DNA of 54,307 bases. It comes from Christensenellales bacterium (GTDB lineage: Bacteria > Bacillota > Clostridia > Christensenellales > SZUA-584). How positions within the stretch are numbered: the first letter of the stretch is position 1; each line of letters starts with the position of its first letter. Location of the stretch: NCBI GenBank assembly GCA_050943215.1, contig JBMNOU010000006.1:1-54307 (forward strand). The letters run 5' to 3'. A program made the translations under genes and the position numbers. The notes under the pieces are model-generated. The model saw nothing but the letters and a program-made list of their open reading frames with translations. It did not search any database and had not been told where the DNA came from. Shown here piece by piece: positions 26,107-36,824 of this stretch.

Positions 26107-27186
26107 TTGAGAGAGAATAAAAAAAAGCGCGTTGTCTGCGGGATGTCGGGCGGTGTCGATTCTGCAGTGGCTGCATATCTGCTAAAAAAACAGGGATTCG
26201 ATGTGATCGGCGTTTTTATGAAAAACTGGCAGGACGACGGTGAGCACTGCAGCGCCGCTGAGGATTACGAAGATGTCAAAAGCATCTGCTCTTCTATTGA
26301 TATTCCTTATTATACCGTTAATTTCGAAAAAGAATATTATGACAGGGTATTCTCATATTTTCTTGAAGAATATAGGCGCGGGCGCACTCCCAACCCGGAT
26401 GTGCTCTGTAACTCTGAAATTAAATTTGCCGCATTTCTCGATTACGCAAAACGGCTAGGTGCTCAAAAGCTGGCAACTGGGCATTATGCAAGAACAGGCG
26501 GGGCATTTGGCGCGAAGCTATTTAAAGCAGCAGATCTCACAAAAGACCAGACATATTTTTTATGCCTGCTTTCCAAGTCACAAATTGAGAGCGCGATGTT
26601 CCCTGTCGGGGATATGCAAAAAAGTGAGGTCAGACAGACCGCTGCCTCCCTTGGTCTTAAGGTGGCACAAAAAAAAGATTCCACTGGAATATGTTTTATC
26701 GGAGAACGCAAATTCCGTGAGTTTTTAGCCGGGTTTTTACCTGCCCAGCCGGGCGATATAAAAACGCCTGACGGCCGGATTGTCGGCACCCACCAGGGTG
26801 TTATCTATTACACTCTAGGGCAGCGGCGCGGTCTTGGTATAGGCGGTCATGCCAAAGGTTCCGGAGAAAGGTGGTTCGTCGTCGGTAAAGACGTACAAAA
26901 TAATATTTTGTATGTAGAGCAGGGCGAAACTGATGCGCTATATTCACGGGCGCTTTTTGCAACGGACATGAGCTATATTGATGGCCGTCCTCCCGGCGAA
27001 TACGAATGCTATGCGAAATTCCGGTACCGGCAGAGCGACCAGCGCGTGCACGTTATACCGCGCAGCGGCGGAGAATACATTGAATTCGCAAAGCGTCAGC
27101 GCGCCGTTACGCCGGGACAATATGTCGCGCTGTATCAGGGTGACGAATGCCTGGGCGGCGGTGTAATCGACGAAGTATATTATTAG
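26107..27186 (+). CDS. mnmA: tRNA 2-thiouridylase
   Basis: MSGGVDS, TPNPD..CN, KDQTYFL, DSTGICFIG, TPGQ. Confidence 0.98.
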   Translation: MRENKKKRVVCGMSGGVDSAVAAYLLKKQGFDVIGVFMKNWQDDGEHCSAAEDYEDVKSICSSIDIPYYTVNFEKEYYDRVFSYFLEEYRRGRTPNPDVLCNSEIKFAAFLDYAKRLGAQKLATGHYARTGGAFGAKLFKAADLTKDQTYFLCLLSKSQIESAMFPVGDMQKSEVRQTAASLGLKVAQKKDSTGICFIGERKFREFLAGFLPAQPGDIKTPDGRIVGTHQGVIYYTLGQRRGLGIGGHAKGSGERWFVVGKDVQNNILYVEQGETDALYSRALFATDMSYIDGRPPGEYECYAKFRYRQSDQRVHVIPRSGGEYIEFAKRQRAVTPGQYVALYQGDECLGGGVIDEVYY

Positions 27187-27195
27187 GAGGATTAA

Positions 27196-27888
27196 ATGGC
27201 CTACATCCCTTCTTGCGAAGAAGAAGCGCTGTTTTTAAAGAATTTTGATCCCGGAAAATACCAAAACCCAGCGGTCGCGGCTGATACCGCGCTTTTTGCA
27301 TTCTATAAAGACGAAATCAAAATCCTGCTGATCAGGCGCGGCGGATACCCGTATAAGGGCCACTGGGCGCTCCCGGGCGGTTTTGTAAATATCGATGAAG
27401 ACATTAGAACCAGCGCGGCGCGTGAGCTCTTTGAAGAAACAGGAATATCTGACATGTATCTAGAGCAGGCGTTTGTATGGAGCCGCCCAGACAGAGACCC
27501 GCGCCAAAGGGTCATTACAGTAAGCTATATCGCACTTGCGGATTTTTCAAAAATCTGCGCCAGGGCAGGAGACGACGCAGCGCAGGCAGAATGGTTCACC
27601 CTTTCCGGCTACAACAAGACTGAGGCTAGCGGTACCGTACGCATCCGCTATTTGCTCAGCGGCCCCGAAGCGCTGCAACCGATAGTGGCTTATCCGGCTG
27701 GCCGGATACAGGAGATTGCTTGCATTAAAAGCAGCGGACTTGCATTTGACCACGCTGAATCCATTGCGTATTCTTTTGAATGCATGAAGCAACGCATTAA
27801 AAACGGTGGTTTTCTCCCATTTGCGTTTGAGGATGAGCATCTGCAATCTTGCGCAAGAAACGCTATCTTAAACTCAGCTTTTGATTAG
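27196..27888 (+). CDS. NUDIX hydrolase (NrtR-like N-terminal domain)
   Basis: WALPGGF...E....A.REL.EETG, RDPR.R, LAFDH. Confidence 0.88.
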   Translation: MAYIPSCEEEALFLKNFDPGKYQNPAVAADTALFAFYKDEIKILLIRRGGYPYKGHWALPGGFVNIDEDIRTSAARELFEETGISDMYLEQAFVWSRPDRDPRQRVITVSYIALADFSKICARAGDDAAQAEWFTLSGYNKTEASGTVRIRYLLSGPEALQPIVAYPAGRIQEIACIKSSGLAFDHAESIAYSFECMKQRIKNGGFLPFAFEDEHLQSCARNAILNSAFD

Positions 27889-29000
27889 TCGTCCTTTGTT
27901 GCTGTCAGAAAAGGCAGTGCGTTATAAACGAGCGCACATACGCAAACCCCACCGATGCACCAAGCGGGATTGAATTGAACGGACGAAAGCCATCTTGAAG
28001 GCAGAATATACGAAAGGCTTGTCAAAATACCAGCCGATGGCAGCTTAATAAGCATCGAGCCAAACATCACGGTCGCAATAGTGATAACGGAAATCATCAG
28101 CATCAATACTGTTTGGTTTTTTATTTTGGCAACAAACGCAGCAATACCGCCATATGACAGTGTATATAGGGCAAACATCACGAGCAGCGGTAATATCGTC
28201 TCACCCGCTCCGGCCAATCCGAAAGCGGCAAGTGGAACCGCCAAAACAGGGAATATGTAGATGGCATCCGCGATGCATACGGATAGACGGTAACGTTCCA
28301 TAGAAAAAGCCCGCGATTTTAGCCTAGCTGAAAAATCCACGCTCCTTTTAGACATTGCCAGGCCCGACAGCATAAAAAAACAAACCAGCGCTGCCAGAAG
28401 ATATAACGAAGAGTATGCGGCATCTAGCAGCGGGGTAACTTCATCCGCTTCCCTCATAGCGTTCTGCCTGACAATTGACAATATCGGCTCATCCGTTCCC
28501 TTGCCGGTATCCTCAAACACCATTTCGTAAAGGATGCTGCCACCAAGCGCCCGAGCCTCGTTTGCACTGCGGCAATTCAGCCAAAGCCGTAACGCCTCTC
28601 CCCCTATGCTTTCCGATATTACGCCGGCAGCCGTGCTGTACGGTGATTTTAAAAGCTTGAGCGTTCCCTCAAAATCTCCTTGCCTGATGGATTTCTCAAA
28701 CCCTTTTTTTATGATAAAAACACCTTCCAGCTTGCCTGTCTTAAGATTCGCAGTCAACGTATTTTCATCTTCCTGAATAACCCATACCACTTTCAGCGCC
28801 TGCACATTTTTAAGCAGCAGTTTTGAAAATGCCGTATTATCCTCGTCAATCCACCCGATGGGTATGGGTGCATCCGGGATAATGAGGCCGATAAACGGTG
28901 ATAACGCTACAATAAGCGCCAGTGCAAAAAAAACGATGCCATATGCACTTGTGCAAAGCGTTTTTAACCTATATGTAATTGTACGGCCAAACAAACTCAA
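27885..29000 (-). CDS. ABC-2 type permease
   Basis: One N-terminal TM, extracellular loop, then several TMs; in ABC operon. Confidence 0.8.
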   Translation of the reverse strand: MSLFGRTITYRLKTLCTSAYGIVFFALALIVALSPFIGLIIPDAPIPIGWIDEDNTAFSKLLLKNVQALKVVWVIQEDENTLTANLKTGKLEGVFIIKKGFEKSIRQGDFEGTLKLLKSPYSTAAGVISESIGGEALRLWLNCRSANEARALGGSILYEMVFEDTGKGTDEPILSIVRQNAMREADEVTPLLDAAYSSLYLLAALVCFFMLSGLAMSKRSVDFSARLKSRAFSMERYRLSVCIADAIYIFPVLAVPLAAFGLAGAGETILPLLVMFALYTLSYGGIAAFVAKIKNQTVLMLMISVITIATVMFGSMLIKLPSAGILTSLSYILPSRWLSSVQFNPAWCIGGVCVCALVYNALPFLTATKDD

Positions 29001-30211
29001 GTTGTTCTCCTTTGAAAACGTATGATACTAAGCGGCAGAAGAATGATAATGTATAGGGCAAGTATGCCTACAAACGAAGCGAAGCCCTCCGCTTTGCCGT
29101 CAAACATACCGGATATGCCAAGCCTAAGCGCCGCGGAAAAAGGCGTATAATATGATATATCGCGTATTAGAGAGGGCATGTATGCGGACGGTACCAAAAG
29201 TCCACCGAAAAGCGCCAGCACAATAGCCCATATAAACGATATCCTAACCGCGAATGAATCTGTTTTGGAAAGCAGCCCAATAAGCATCATGCCGATGCTG
29301 ACAAAGCCGCAGAGCAATATGCCGGCTGCCAGCAGAATTAAAACATTGCCCGAAAAAACAGAAACCTCTCCAGTTATCACACACAGCACCAAGGCTAACG
29401 TGGTAAACTGAATAAACAACAACGCACTGCCCGCCAGCCATCTCGATACAAAACACGTTGCAGGAGAATAGCCCGACAAAAGCTGTCTGTGTATCAGTCC
29501 GGTCTTATAGTCATCGGCAGTCATACGCGCAATGGGCAATGCGCCAAGTGCGATAAACAGCACAATAAAACTCGCAGAGTAATATTCTATCGGCAACGCA
29601 CCGTCAAGAGGAGAAATTATGCCTGTTCGTTCATATAGATCCGACCTTGAAAGCACGCCGGTAAAGAACGTTCCCGCGGTCTGTTGATACGTCTTGGCGG
29701 CGGCATCTGGATCAACCCCGTAATCGATGCTGTCAGAATAAAGGACATTGACAGCGTGCTGTGCATGGCTAACAAGCTCGACCCCTGAACTAAGCGTTTC
29801 AAACAGTAGCGCATCTTCGAGAGGCATATTCGGGTTGCCATGATATGTAATAACCGCATCTCCCCCGCTGTAAAGATTTTTCTGCATGTTTTCGGGGATA
29901 TGAATGTACGCGGCCGCCCCGTCTTCCACCGCACGAATACCTTTTGCCTCGCTTCTAACGATTGTCGTTTTGATTAGACCGCCAAGGGATTCGCTCTCAA
30001 TAAGCCCTTGCAATATAGACTCGGTAAGCGGATCGTCATCTTCACAATAAACCGCGACACTGAACTTCCCTGCACGCACATCGGCAAAAAAGTATGGCGC
30101 TACCGTAATCGAAATTAATAGCACCAGCACGACCGGCGCCGCGACAGCAATGATTATGGCCGTTTTATTCTGCAGCAGCCTTTTTAAATCAACTGCAAAT
30201 AATTTTCCCAT
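28997..30211 (-). CDS. ABC-2 type permease
   Basis: Same topology; LFGGL.VP..YMP. Confidence 0.85.
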   Translation of the reverse strand: MGKLFAVDLKRLLQNKTAIIIAVAAPVVLVLLISITVAPYFFADVRAGKFSVAVYCEDDDPLTESILQGLIESESLGGLIKTTIVRSEAKGIRAVEDGAAAYIHIPENMQKNLYSGGDAVITYHGNPNMPLEDALLFETLSSGVELVSHAQHAVNVLYSDSIDYGVDPDAAAKTYQQTAGTFFTGVLSRSDLYERTGIISPLDGALPIEYYSASFIVLFIALGALPIARMTADDYKTGLIHRQLLSGYSPATCFVSRWLAGSALLFIQFTTLALVLCVITGEVSVFSGNVLILLAAGILLCGFVSIGMMLIGLLSKTDSFAVRISFIWAIVLALFGGLLVPSAYMPSLIRDISYYTPFSAALRLGISGMFDGKAEGFASFVGILALYIIILLPLSIIRFQRRTT

Positions 30212-30294
30212 TCGTCACCCTCTACGAAATAATGACATCACTAAAAAGTCTTTGTCTTCAAAGCCCTAAAACGGATGCAAAAAACCGGTACAAG

Positions 30295-31806
30295 CTAAAA
30301 CAAGCTGCCCAAAGAATTTAATCCTTTCAGAATATCCTCAAAGCTGCCCCATTCCTTTTCGTATATCCCATTCCAGTCCGGGCTGTCTTTAAGTGTTTTA
30401 AGGTCGAGACCCATTCTCACATCCGCATCAAGGATTAAATCAATCGACATCTGCTGTGAATTGGTTTCGCTATTGGTAAGATTTAAGTCAATCGTTACCG
30501 AATATTCGTTATTGCTGTCTTTTTTAATATCATATGTTCCGTCAAGCTCTATTTTAGCGCTGACTTGCTTGCTAGAAAGCGGGTCCTTCGATGCTGTGGT
30601 AAACGTTCCCTTGATTTTAACGCTGTCTCCATCATAGGTGGTTTGATAAGCCGCTTCCTGAACGGTTTCCCCGCTAACCTTCTCAATTATACTTTTATAA
30701 CAGGTTTTTTCGCTATATTCAGACATCATTGTAAATTCCGTATCCATATCGTTGTTGTCGATCAAGAAACGAATACCAGTATAGCGCCCCTGTCTTTGAT
30801 AAACAGACCATGAAAGTTGAATATACGGCAGTTCTTCTAATTCCTGCGAGTTTGTCATTTGATCTAAAGCGTTCATTAAATCTACATCTTTAAGCCCAAA
30901 AAATTGCGTGATCTCATTCAAAAAATTCTGTAATTCCTCGCTAAGCTCTCTATCTGCTTTCAATCGTCCGGCAAAGTCTTTTGCCATATTCTTGATTGCA
31001 TCAGAATTAAGAGTGGTAGTGACCGCGTTCATTTGAACATTTTTATCCTCCATTGGGCTGTAGACATCCTCAATGTCAGTCTTTGTATATTCATCGGGTA
31101 TAGACATTGCAAACGTTTCGAGCAAACGCATCAACATATCGCTGTCTTCATCCGGCAGAAACGGCAGAAACACCATAACTCTATCTTTTAATGGCATGCT
31201 CTTTAATAGATCTTCTTTTTTGGGCAGTTCGATCGGTACACAAGCAGCCTGACCCATTAAATCGAGAACAACGTTGTCTTCGATCAGATATGCTGCCAGC
31301 ACCTCCATGCCCAGCGCCCTTACTTTAACACCGAGATCGTTCATATCGTACTTTGTATCAAGATCAACAGTAATAGTATCAAACGGCATGTCGCGCTCGG
31401 TAAAACTATCCGATCCGATTTTAAGCCTTGACCCTATTTCAAATGGTTCTGCCAAAAGGCGATTGCCTATTTCTTTTTGGACACTGCCCGTCAGGCTAGC
31501 CTGGGTCTCCTGCTGCTCGCGAAAAAAATTATATGCAGCCACAACACCGGCATTGCCATTAAGCCCGCGGGCATTCTTTCCCGCGCCAAAAACCACGATA
31601 GCGCAAACAATTGCCGCGATTAAAAAAACCGCAGCGACCACAATCCAAATCCATGCCCTGCCTCTTTTCGGACCGGGTGATGCAGAGACAGTCTGCCAGT
31701 ATTGTTGCTGATGCTGCGCCAAAGGCTCGGGCGGCGGTGAGGCTGGCTGTAGATTCTCATCCCCACTTATATTGTCCCTGCCTTGCATATAGGTATCATT
31801 ATTCAT
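30295..31806 (-). CDS. Membrane-anchored hypothetical protein in ABC operon
   Basis: Pro/Gln-rich N-term, single TM, large extracellular domain. Confidence 0.7.
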   Translation of the reverse strand: MNNDTYMQGRDNISGDENLQPASPPPEPLAQHQQQYWQTVSASPGPKRGRAWIWIVVAAVFLIAAIVCAIVVFGAGKNARGLNGNAGVVAAYNFFREQQETQASLTGSVQKEIGNRLLAEPFEIGSRLKIGSDSFTERDMPFDTITVDLDTKYDMNDLGVKVRALGMEVLAAYLIEDNVVLDLMGQAACVPIELPKKEDLLKSMPLKDRVMVFLPFLPDEDSDMLMRLLETFAMSIPDEYTKTDIEDVYSPMEDKNVQMNAVTTTLNSDAIKNMAKDFAGRLKADRELSEELQNFLNEITQFFGLKDVDLMNALDQMTNSQELEELPYIQLSWSVYQRQGRYTGIRFLIDNNDMDTEFTMMSEYSEKTCYKSIIEKVSGETVQEAAYQTTYDGDSVKIKGTFTTASKDPLSSKQVSAKIELDGTYDIKKDSNNEYSVTIDLNLTNSETNSQQMSIDLILDADVRMGLDLKTLKDSPDWNGIYEKEWGSFEDILKGLNSLGSLF

Positions 31807-31822
31807 CCAAATTACCTCCTAT

Positions 31823-32512
31823 TTATTGCGTATAATATCTGACCGCATCAGACAAGCCATGAAACTGCCCGCCTGAAAAATCGATATTTCCATAATATCC
31901 GGGTTTGCCGTTTTTTAGTGCAATCATCTCGTCTGCCAGTATCTGCATTTCTTCGATATAATGGCTTGAAAAAATAATCGTCATACCACGGTTTTTCATC
32001 TCGCAAAGTATCGTGATGATCTTTTGCCTGTTTGCGATATCCACACCGGCAAGCGGTTCATCTAAAATGAGCAGCGACGGGCGAAGTACAAGCGATGCAC
32101 CTATGTTCAGTCTTCTTTGCATGCCGCCGGAAAGCTTCGAGACTTTTTTTGTTTCCACATCAGCAAGACCGATTGCTTCAAGCGTATCCTGATATATGTC
32201 TTTATTTTTATGCTTCATCCAGTAAAAAAGATTATCTTTAACGGAAAGCTCCTGCATCAGCGCGATTCCCTGTGGAACATATCCGATTTTCTCTCTGGCT
32301 CCGGCAGGATTGGCTATCGCATCAATGCTGTCAATCAAGATGGACCCGCTGTCAGGCTTTGATGCCGTTGCGAGTATTTTGAGCAGCGTTGTCTTTCCGG
32401 CACCGTTTTCGCCAATGACCGCAAGCGCTCTCCCTTTTTTGACGTGAATGGTTATTTCTTTTAAGTAGTTTGTTTTTCCATACGTTTTGGATAAATTAGA
32501 GGCAATTAACAA
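31823..32512 (-). CDS. ABC transporter ATP-binding protein
   Basis: GENGAGKT, LSGGM, LDEP. Confidence 0.95.
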   Translation of the reverse strand: MLIASNLSKTYGKTNYLKEITIHVKKGRALAVIGENGAGKTTLLKILATASKPDSGSILIDSIDAIANPAGAREKIGYVPQGIALMQELSVKDNLFYWMKHKNKDIYQDTLEAIGLADVETKKVSKLSGGMQRRLNIGASLVLRPSLLILDEPLAGVDIANRQKIITILCEMKNRGMTIIFSSHYIEEMQILADEMIALKNGKPGYYGNIDFSGGQFHGLSDAVRYYTQ

Positions 32513-32735
32513 TATATTAACCGTCCTTGTGATTTATACCCTTAGTATACCATGGAAAAAAAGGATAATAAATATTTACCGAGAATCTTTTTATTTACTT
32601 TATTCATTATTGATACTTTAAATATGTTTAAGAAATGGAATAGATAAAAAATACTGATTATGCCATGTTTATATAATAATTGCGCTTAAATTGTAAATAT
32701 CGTATAATATCAAATATTATGACAAAAACTTTTAT

Positions 32736-33230
32736 TTGGGGATGGATATGAAAGAGAGATTGAGCCGGACACAATTGTCTGTAATATCAGGCATCCTTAC
32801 AATTATCGCTCTGTTTGCAGGTATCATACTACTTGCAATGGTTATGTATGTTTTGGCTGACGCTTTAAACATCACTTTTGTTGAGTATATTGAATATGTA
32901 CTATTTATTACAATCAGCGTCATGATCATTCGCAATTGGATCACGGAATATGAGTATATCGTCGTTGATGGCGACCTGTTTGTCGACAGGTATATCGGCA
33001 AACGCTCGAAACGTATTTTCAGCGTGAGCCTGTCGGATATCACATATATCGGAAAGCAGCCGCCCAAAGATTGTCCGAGAAAAAAACAGCGGATGACATT
33101 TAAGTCAAAACGGCGCGGGGTTGCCTATATAGTCTACAACAACAGCGAAAAAAGATGTGCATATTTTAGTCCCAGCGAAAAAATGCTCAGCTTTATAAAT
33201 GAGCGAAAACAAGAGAAGCTAAAACCCTAA
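32736..33230 (+). CDS. Membrane protein with PH-like domain (DUF6106-like)
   Basis: Two TMs then EYEY...DG.L.VD.....S.R and FSP. Confidence 0.6.
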   Translation: MGMDMKERLSRTQLSVISGILTIIALFAGIILLAMVMYVLADALNITFVEYIEYVLFITISVMIIRNWITEYEYIVVDGDLFVDRYIGKRSKRIFSVSLSDITYIGKQPPKDCPRKKQRMTFKSKRRGVAYIVYNNSEKRCAYFSPSEKMLSFINERKQEKLKP

Positions 33231-34024
33231 ACAAACAGAGAAACGATAATCGCAGCAACCAATATGGCACCCGAAGCGATGCCGAATTTTAACAGATACT
33301 GTATATCGGTTATCTCGAAAAAGAAGCTTTTCCGGATTCCGCCCCATGCGAGCGTATGTTTTTTGAGTATGCTCCCTTTTGTAAAATCGATCCGCAACAG
33401 CGCAAACTCGCTAAGCGCGTAGAGTATTGACATAATAAACATGGTAATCGGCAATGCACCGATTCCCATAATGGGCAAGATAAGCGCATGGCTGCTAAAC
33501 CCAGCAATATTAAGCTGACCTTGAATCAGCAGATAGAGTATAAGAATATACGCGCAGAACGGGATTAAAAAAGCAACACCCGAAATAACCGCGGTGAATG
33601 TTGAAACGGCAACGGTTGTCAAAAAATCCGGGCGTTGGTTGACAATCTGTTTTGTCTCCCTGAAAGAATAATATCTATCTTTTAAGAAGTAAGGGCGATC
33701 CATCGCGCGCAGCCGTGCAGACATTTTTTTGTCCATAAACTTAAGATCCCGTGTCTGCAGCAGCTTGGTAAATTGCTCTTCAGATAGATCGTATTCTTCC
33801 TTTGGCTGATAGCCAAGTATATGCAGTTTGCTATATACCAGCGTATAAATTCGACCGATTTCAAATTTGTTGAATGAAAAAGGCGTTCTGACAAGAAGCC
33901 TAAAAACACGGGGGGTTTCGTCTTTTAAAGAAGAAATAGGTGTAAAATAAAGCCTATACCGGCTCATCCCAGTCACGCGCTCTTTAGAAAACAGCAGCAT
34001 ATTATCGCGTTCAGTCTTTTTCAT
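33227..34024 (-). CDS. Hypothetical membrane protein
   Basis: AAAGGAG RBS; three C-terminal TMs. Confidence 0.65.
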   Translation of the reverse strand: MKKTERDNMLLFSKERVTGMSRYRLYFTPISSLKDETPRVFRLLVRTPFSFNKFEIGRIYTLVYSKLHILGYQPKEEYDLSEEQFTKLLQTRDLKFMDKKMSARLRAMDRPYFLKDRYYSFRETKQIVNQRPDFLTTVAVSTFTAVISGVAFLIPFCAYILILYLLIQGQLNIAGFSSHALILPIMGIGALPITMFIMSILYALSEFALLRIDFTKGSILKKHTLAWGGIRKSFFFEITDIQYLLKFGIASGAILVAAIIVSLFV

Positions 34025-34120
34025 CGCATTCTCCTTTGGATGGTATTATTATTATCTCATACTTTTCGAAAATAGAAAAGGGTTGTATAGAAACATTTTG
34101 GCAGATAAACTTATATTGAG

Positions 34121-35521
34121 GTGAACAGGATGAACAGACAAACGCCCATTATGGATGCGGTATATACGATTTGTGATGACGTAAAGGCCCGGTTTTGCAT
34201 GCCCGGGCATAAAGGGGATATTGGATTTTTCTGCGGAGACATGCTGCACTACGATATCACCGAACTCCCAGGCACAGACAATCTGCTCTATCCGAAACAG
34301 ATTATCAGTGAATCTCAGGCCCTTCACGCAAAGTACATTGGCGCTGATGCAATCTATTATACAACCGGCGGTTCTACAGCCTGTATTCTCGCCATGCTGT
34401 CTTTGTTCAGAGGGAAAAAGGTAGTTTTTCCCCGCGGTATTCACTTAAGCGCAGCCAACGCGATCGCTATGTTTGATATCATACCGGTATATCTTGGCAT
34501 AGAACCTTGCGATTATCCGGCTGTGGTAAATGCCGATGATATTAAAAACGCCCTGCGAGCGCATAAAGATGCGGCGGCGGTTTTCATTGTTTATCCAAAC
34601 TATTTTGGTCTATGCTGCGATATCGAAAAGATCGCTAAGATTACACATAAAGCCGGTCTACCGCTCGTCGTGGATGCCGCACATGCTGCACATTTTGTTT
34701 ACTCCTCTCTGCTGCCTCTCGCCCCATCGCATGCGGGTGCAGATATCTGGACAGAGAGCGCACATAAAACACTGCCTGCGATGAATCAGTGTGCATGCCT
34801 TGGCATCGGTAAAAATGCATTGCTCGATAAAGAAAAAGCCAAACACGCATTGTCCGATATTCAAACGACAAGCCCATCCTATATTTTACTAACCTCGCTC
34901 GATTATGCACATGCCTACATGCGTGACAAAGGAGAACAGGAGCTCTATCGGATTATTAGCTTAAGCAACCGGTTTAAGGAAATGGTCAACGCATTGCCCG
35001 GATATTCCTGCCCTGAAATTTCCCAGACCGGTGCAGTAGACAAGGATTGCTTAAAGATGATTATAGACGTAAGCGGGACAGGCCACACGGGCATTGATGT
35101 TAAAAACATTCTTGCCAGTCAGGGAATACATGTTGAAGCGGCAGATATTAAAAATATCCTGCTGTTGTTGACGGTCGGCAACACAGCTGCCCATTTGGAA
35201 ACTCTCTATGAGGCACTAAAACGGATCGAAAGAACGCGCGGCAGAAATATATATTTTTCTCCCTACAGCATGCCTGAAGCCACAAAATATTCGCAAAATC
35301 ATCGGCTTTGGGGTAATATAGAAAAAGTGCGTATTGAACAGTCAGTAGGGTTGGTATCCGCATGCACGGCAGGCGTTTATCCTCCCGCAGAAGCCGTTAT
35401 TCAGCGAGGCCAAGTCATATCCTTTGAAATCGCCGGATATCTGCTTGAAGCGCAGCGGCAGGGATTCGACGTGTTCGGCATTGAAGATAACAGCATATGG
35501 GTATGCAAGGAGAAAATATGA
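34121..35521 (+). CDS. Orn/Lys/Arg decarboxylase family (YaaO-like)
   Basis: F.MPGHKG, D.TELPG.D.L, D.AH.AH, SAHKT, QTTSPSY, YPP. Confidence 0.9.
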   Translation: MNRMNRQTPIMDAVYTICDDVKARFCMPGHKGDIGFFCGDMLHYDITELPGTDNLLYPKQIISESQALHAKYIGADAIYYTTGGSTACILAMLSLFRGKKVVFPRGIHLSAANAIAMFDIIPVYLGIEPCDYPAVVNADDIKNALRAHKDAAAVFIVYPNYFGLCCDIEKIAKITHKAGLPLVVDAAHAAHFVYSSLLPLAPSHAGADIWTESAHKTLPAMNQCACLGIGKNALLDKEKAKHALSDIQTTSPSYILLTSLDYAHAYMRDKGEQELYRIISLSNRFKEMVNALPGYSCPEISQTGAVDKDCLKMIIDVSGTGHTGIDVKNILASQGIHVEAADIKNILLLLTVGNTAAHLETLYEALKRIERTRGRNIYFSPYSMPEATKYSQNHRLWGNIEKVRIEQSVGLVSACTAGVYPPAEAVIQRGQVISFEIAGYLLEAQRQGFDVFGIEDNSIWVCKEKI

Positions 35522-36198
35522 TTCAAAACTTAACTGGCAAAAGCAACATATATACGGCTGTCTTTTTAGACCTTGACGGTACGATTACCGAGTCGGGTAT
35601 CGGATGTATAAACGGCATTAAATATATGTTTGAAAAGATTGGATTTGCCCAATATTCTAAAGAAGAACTAAGCACATTTATAGGACCGCCCATCATCCAC
35701 CATTTGATGGAGCTTTACGGGTTTAATGAAAAGGACGCAACAAAAGCTTACGAATTTTTTAAGGAATATTACCATAACCAGGGTATTTATGAAAGCCGCC
35801 TGTATGACGGTATCAGAGAAGCCATCATAGATATAAAAGATTCGGGTAAAAAGATATATCTCGCCACTTCAAAACCGGAGGCTCAAGCTTTATGTGTACT
35901 TGAGCATTATAACCTGCTTTCGCTTTTTTCTGATGTGTTTGCCGCAAGGCATGATCTTGGCGTATACAATAAAAGCCAGGTTTTAGAGCGCGCAGTTTCG
36001 TTGATTGGCGGGATACCCCGCTCTATCATGGTCGGTGACAGGCATTACGATATACTCGGCGGAAAGCATGTCGGATTTGATACGGCCGGCGTTTTATACG
36101 GATACGGCGATATTAAAGAACTCACCGCCGCTGGCTGCGATTATATTGTAGACACGGCGCAGGATTTATCCAAACTGCTTGGGAGGAACAACATATGA
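35518..36198 (+). CDS. HAD-family hydrolase
   Basis: DLDGT, FIGPP, ATSK, MVGDR.YD, YGYG. Confidence 0.9.
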   Translation: MIQNLTGKSNIYTAVFLDLDGTITESGIGCINGIKYMFEKIGFAQYSKEELSTFIGPPIIHHLMELYGFNEKDATKAYEFFKEYYHNQGIYESRLYDGIREAIIDIKDSGKKIYLATSKPEAQALCVLEHYNLLSLFSDVFAARHDLGVYNKSQVLERAVSLIGGIPRSIMVGDRHYDILGGKHVGFDTAGVLYGYGDIKELTAAGCDYIVDTAQDLSKLLGRNNI

Positions 36199-36824
36199 AG
36201 GGTTTTTTTATTGCGTTTGAGGGCGCAGACGGCTGCGGCAAATCAACTCAATTACTCTTTCTTGCGGATTACCTTGAGGGCCTTGGGCTTAATGTTATCC
36301 GTACAAGAGAGCCGGGCGGCTGCCCCGTCGCAGAGAAGATTAGAAAGATTTTACTCGATAAGGATAACGGCGAGATGACCGCAGTCACCGAAGCGCTGCT
36401 TTATGCCGCCGCCAGGGCTGAACATGTAAGGCAAGTGATAAAACCTGCACTAAAAAACCAAAAAATCGTTCTTTGCGATCGATTTATTTATTCGTCTCTG
36501 GCATACCAGGGTTACGGACGCCAGCTCGGCACTCAAACGGTTTGGCAAATCAACGAGGCAGCAATATCCGGATGCATGCCCGACGTTACGGTATTTATCA
36601 ACGTCACGCCCGATTGCGCTTTTAAAAGAATGAACGAACATAAAGTGCATGATAGGCTAGAACGTGAGCACATTTCTTTTCATGAACGCGTTTTTGATGG
36701 ATTTACCGCACTTTTGAAAAGTGACGATGTCATATCCGTTGATGCGCAAGGCACAAAATACGAAACACATGAAATTATCAAACAAAAACTTATACCCATA
36801 CTCAAAAATGCGGGTGTGCTATGA
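36195..36824 (+). CDS. tmk: Thymidylate kinase
   Basis: FEGADGCGKSTQ, TREPGG, CDRF..SS.AYQG. Confidence 0.97.
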   Translation: MKGFFIAFEGADGCGKSTQLLFLADYLEGLGLNVIRTREPGGCPVAEKIRKILLDKDNGEMTAVTEALLYAAARAEHVRQVIKPALKNQKIVLCDRFIYSSLAYQGYGRQLGTQTVWQINEAAISGCMPDVTVFINVTPDCAFKRMNEHKVHDRLEREHISFHERVFDGFTALLKSDDVISVDAQGTKYETHEIIKQKLIPILKNAGVL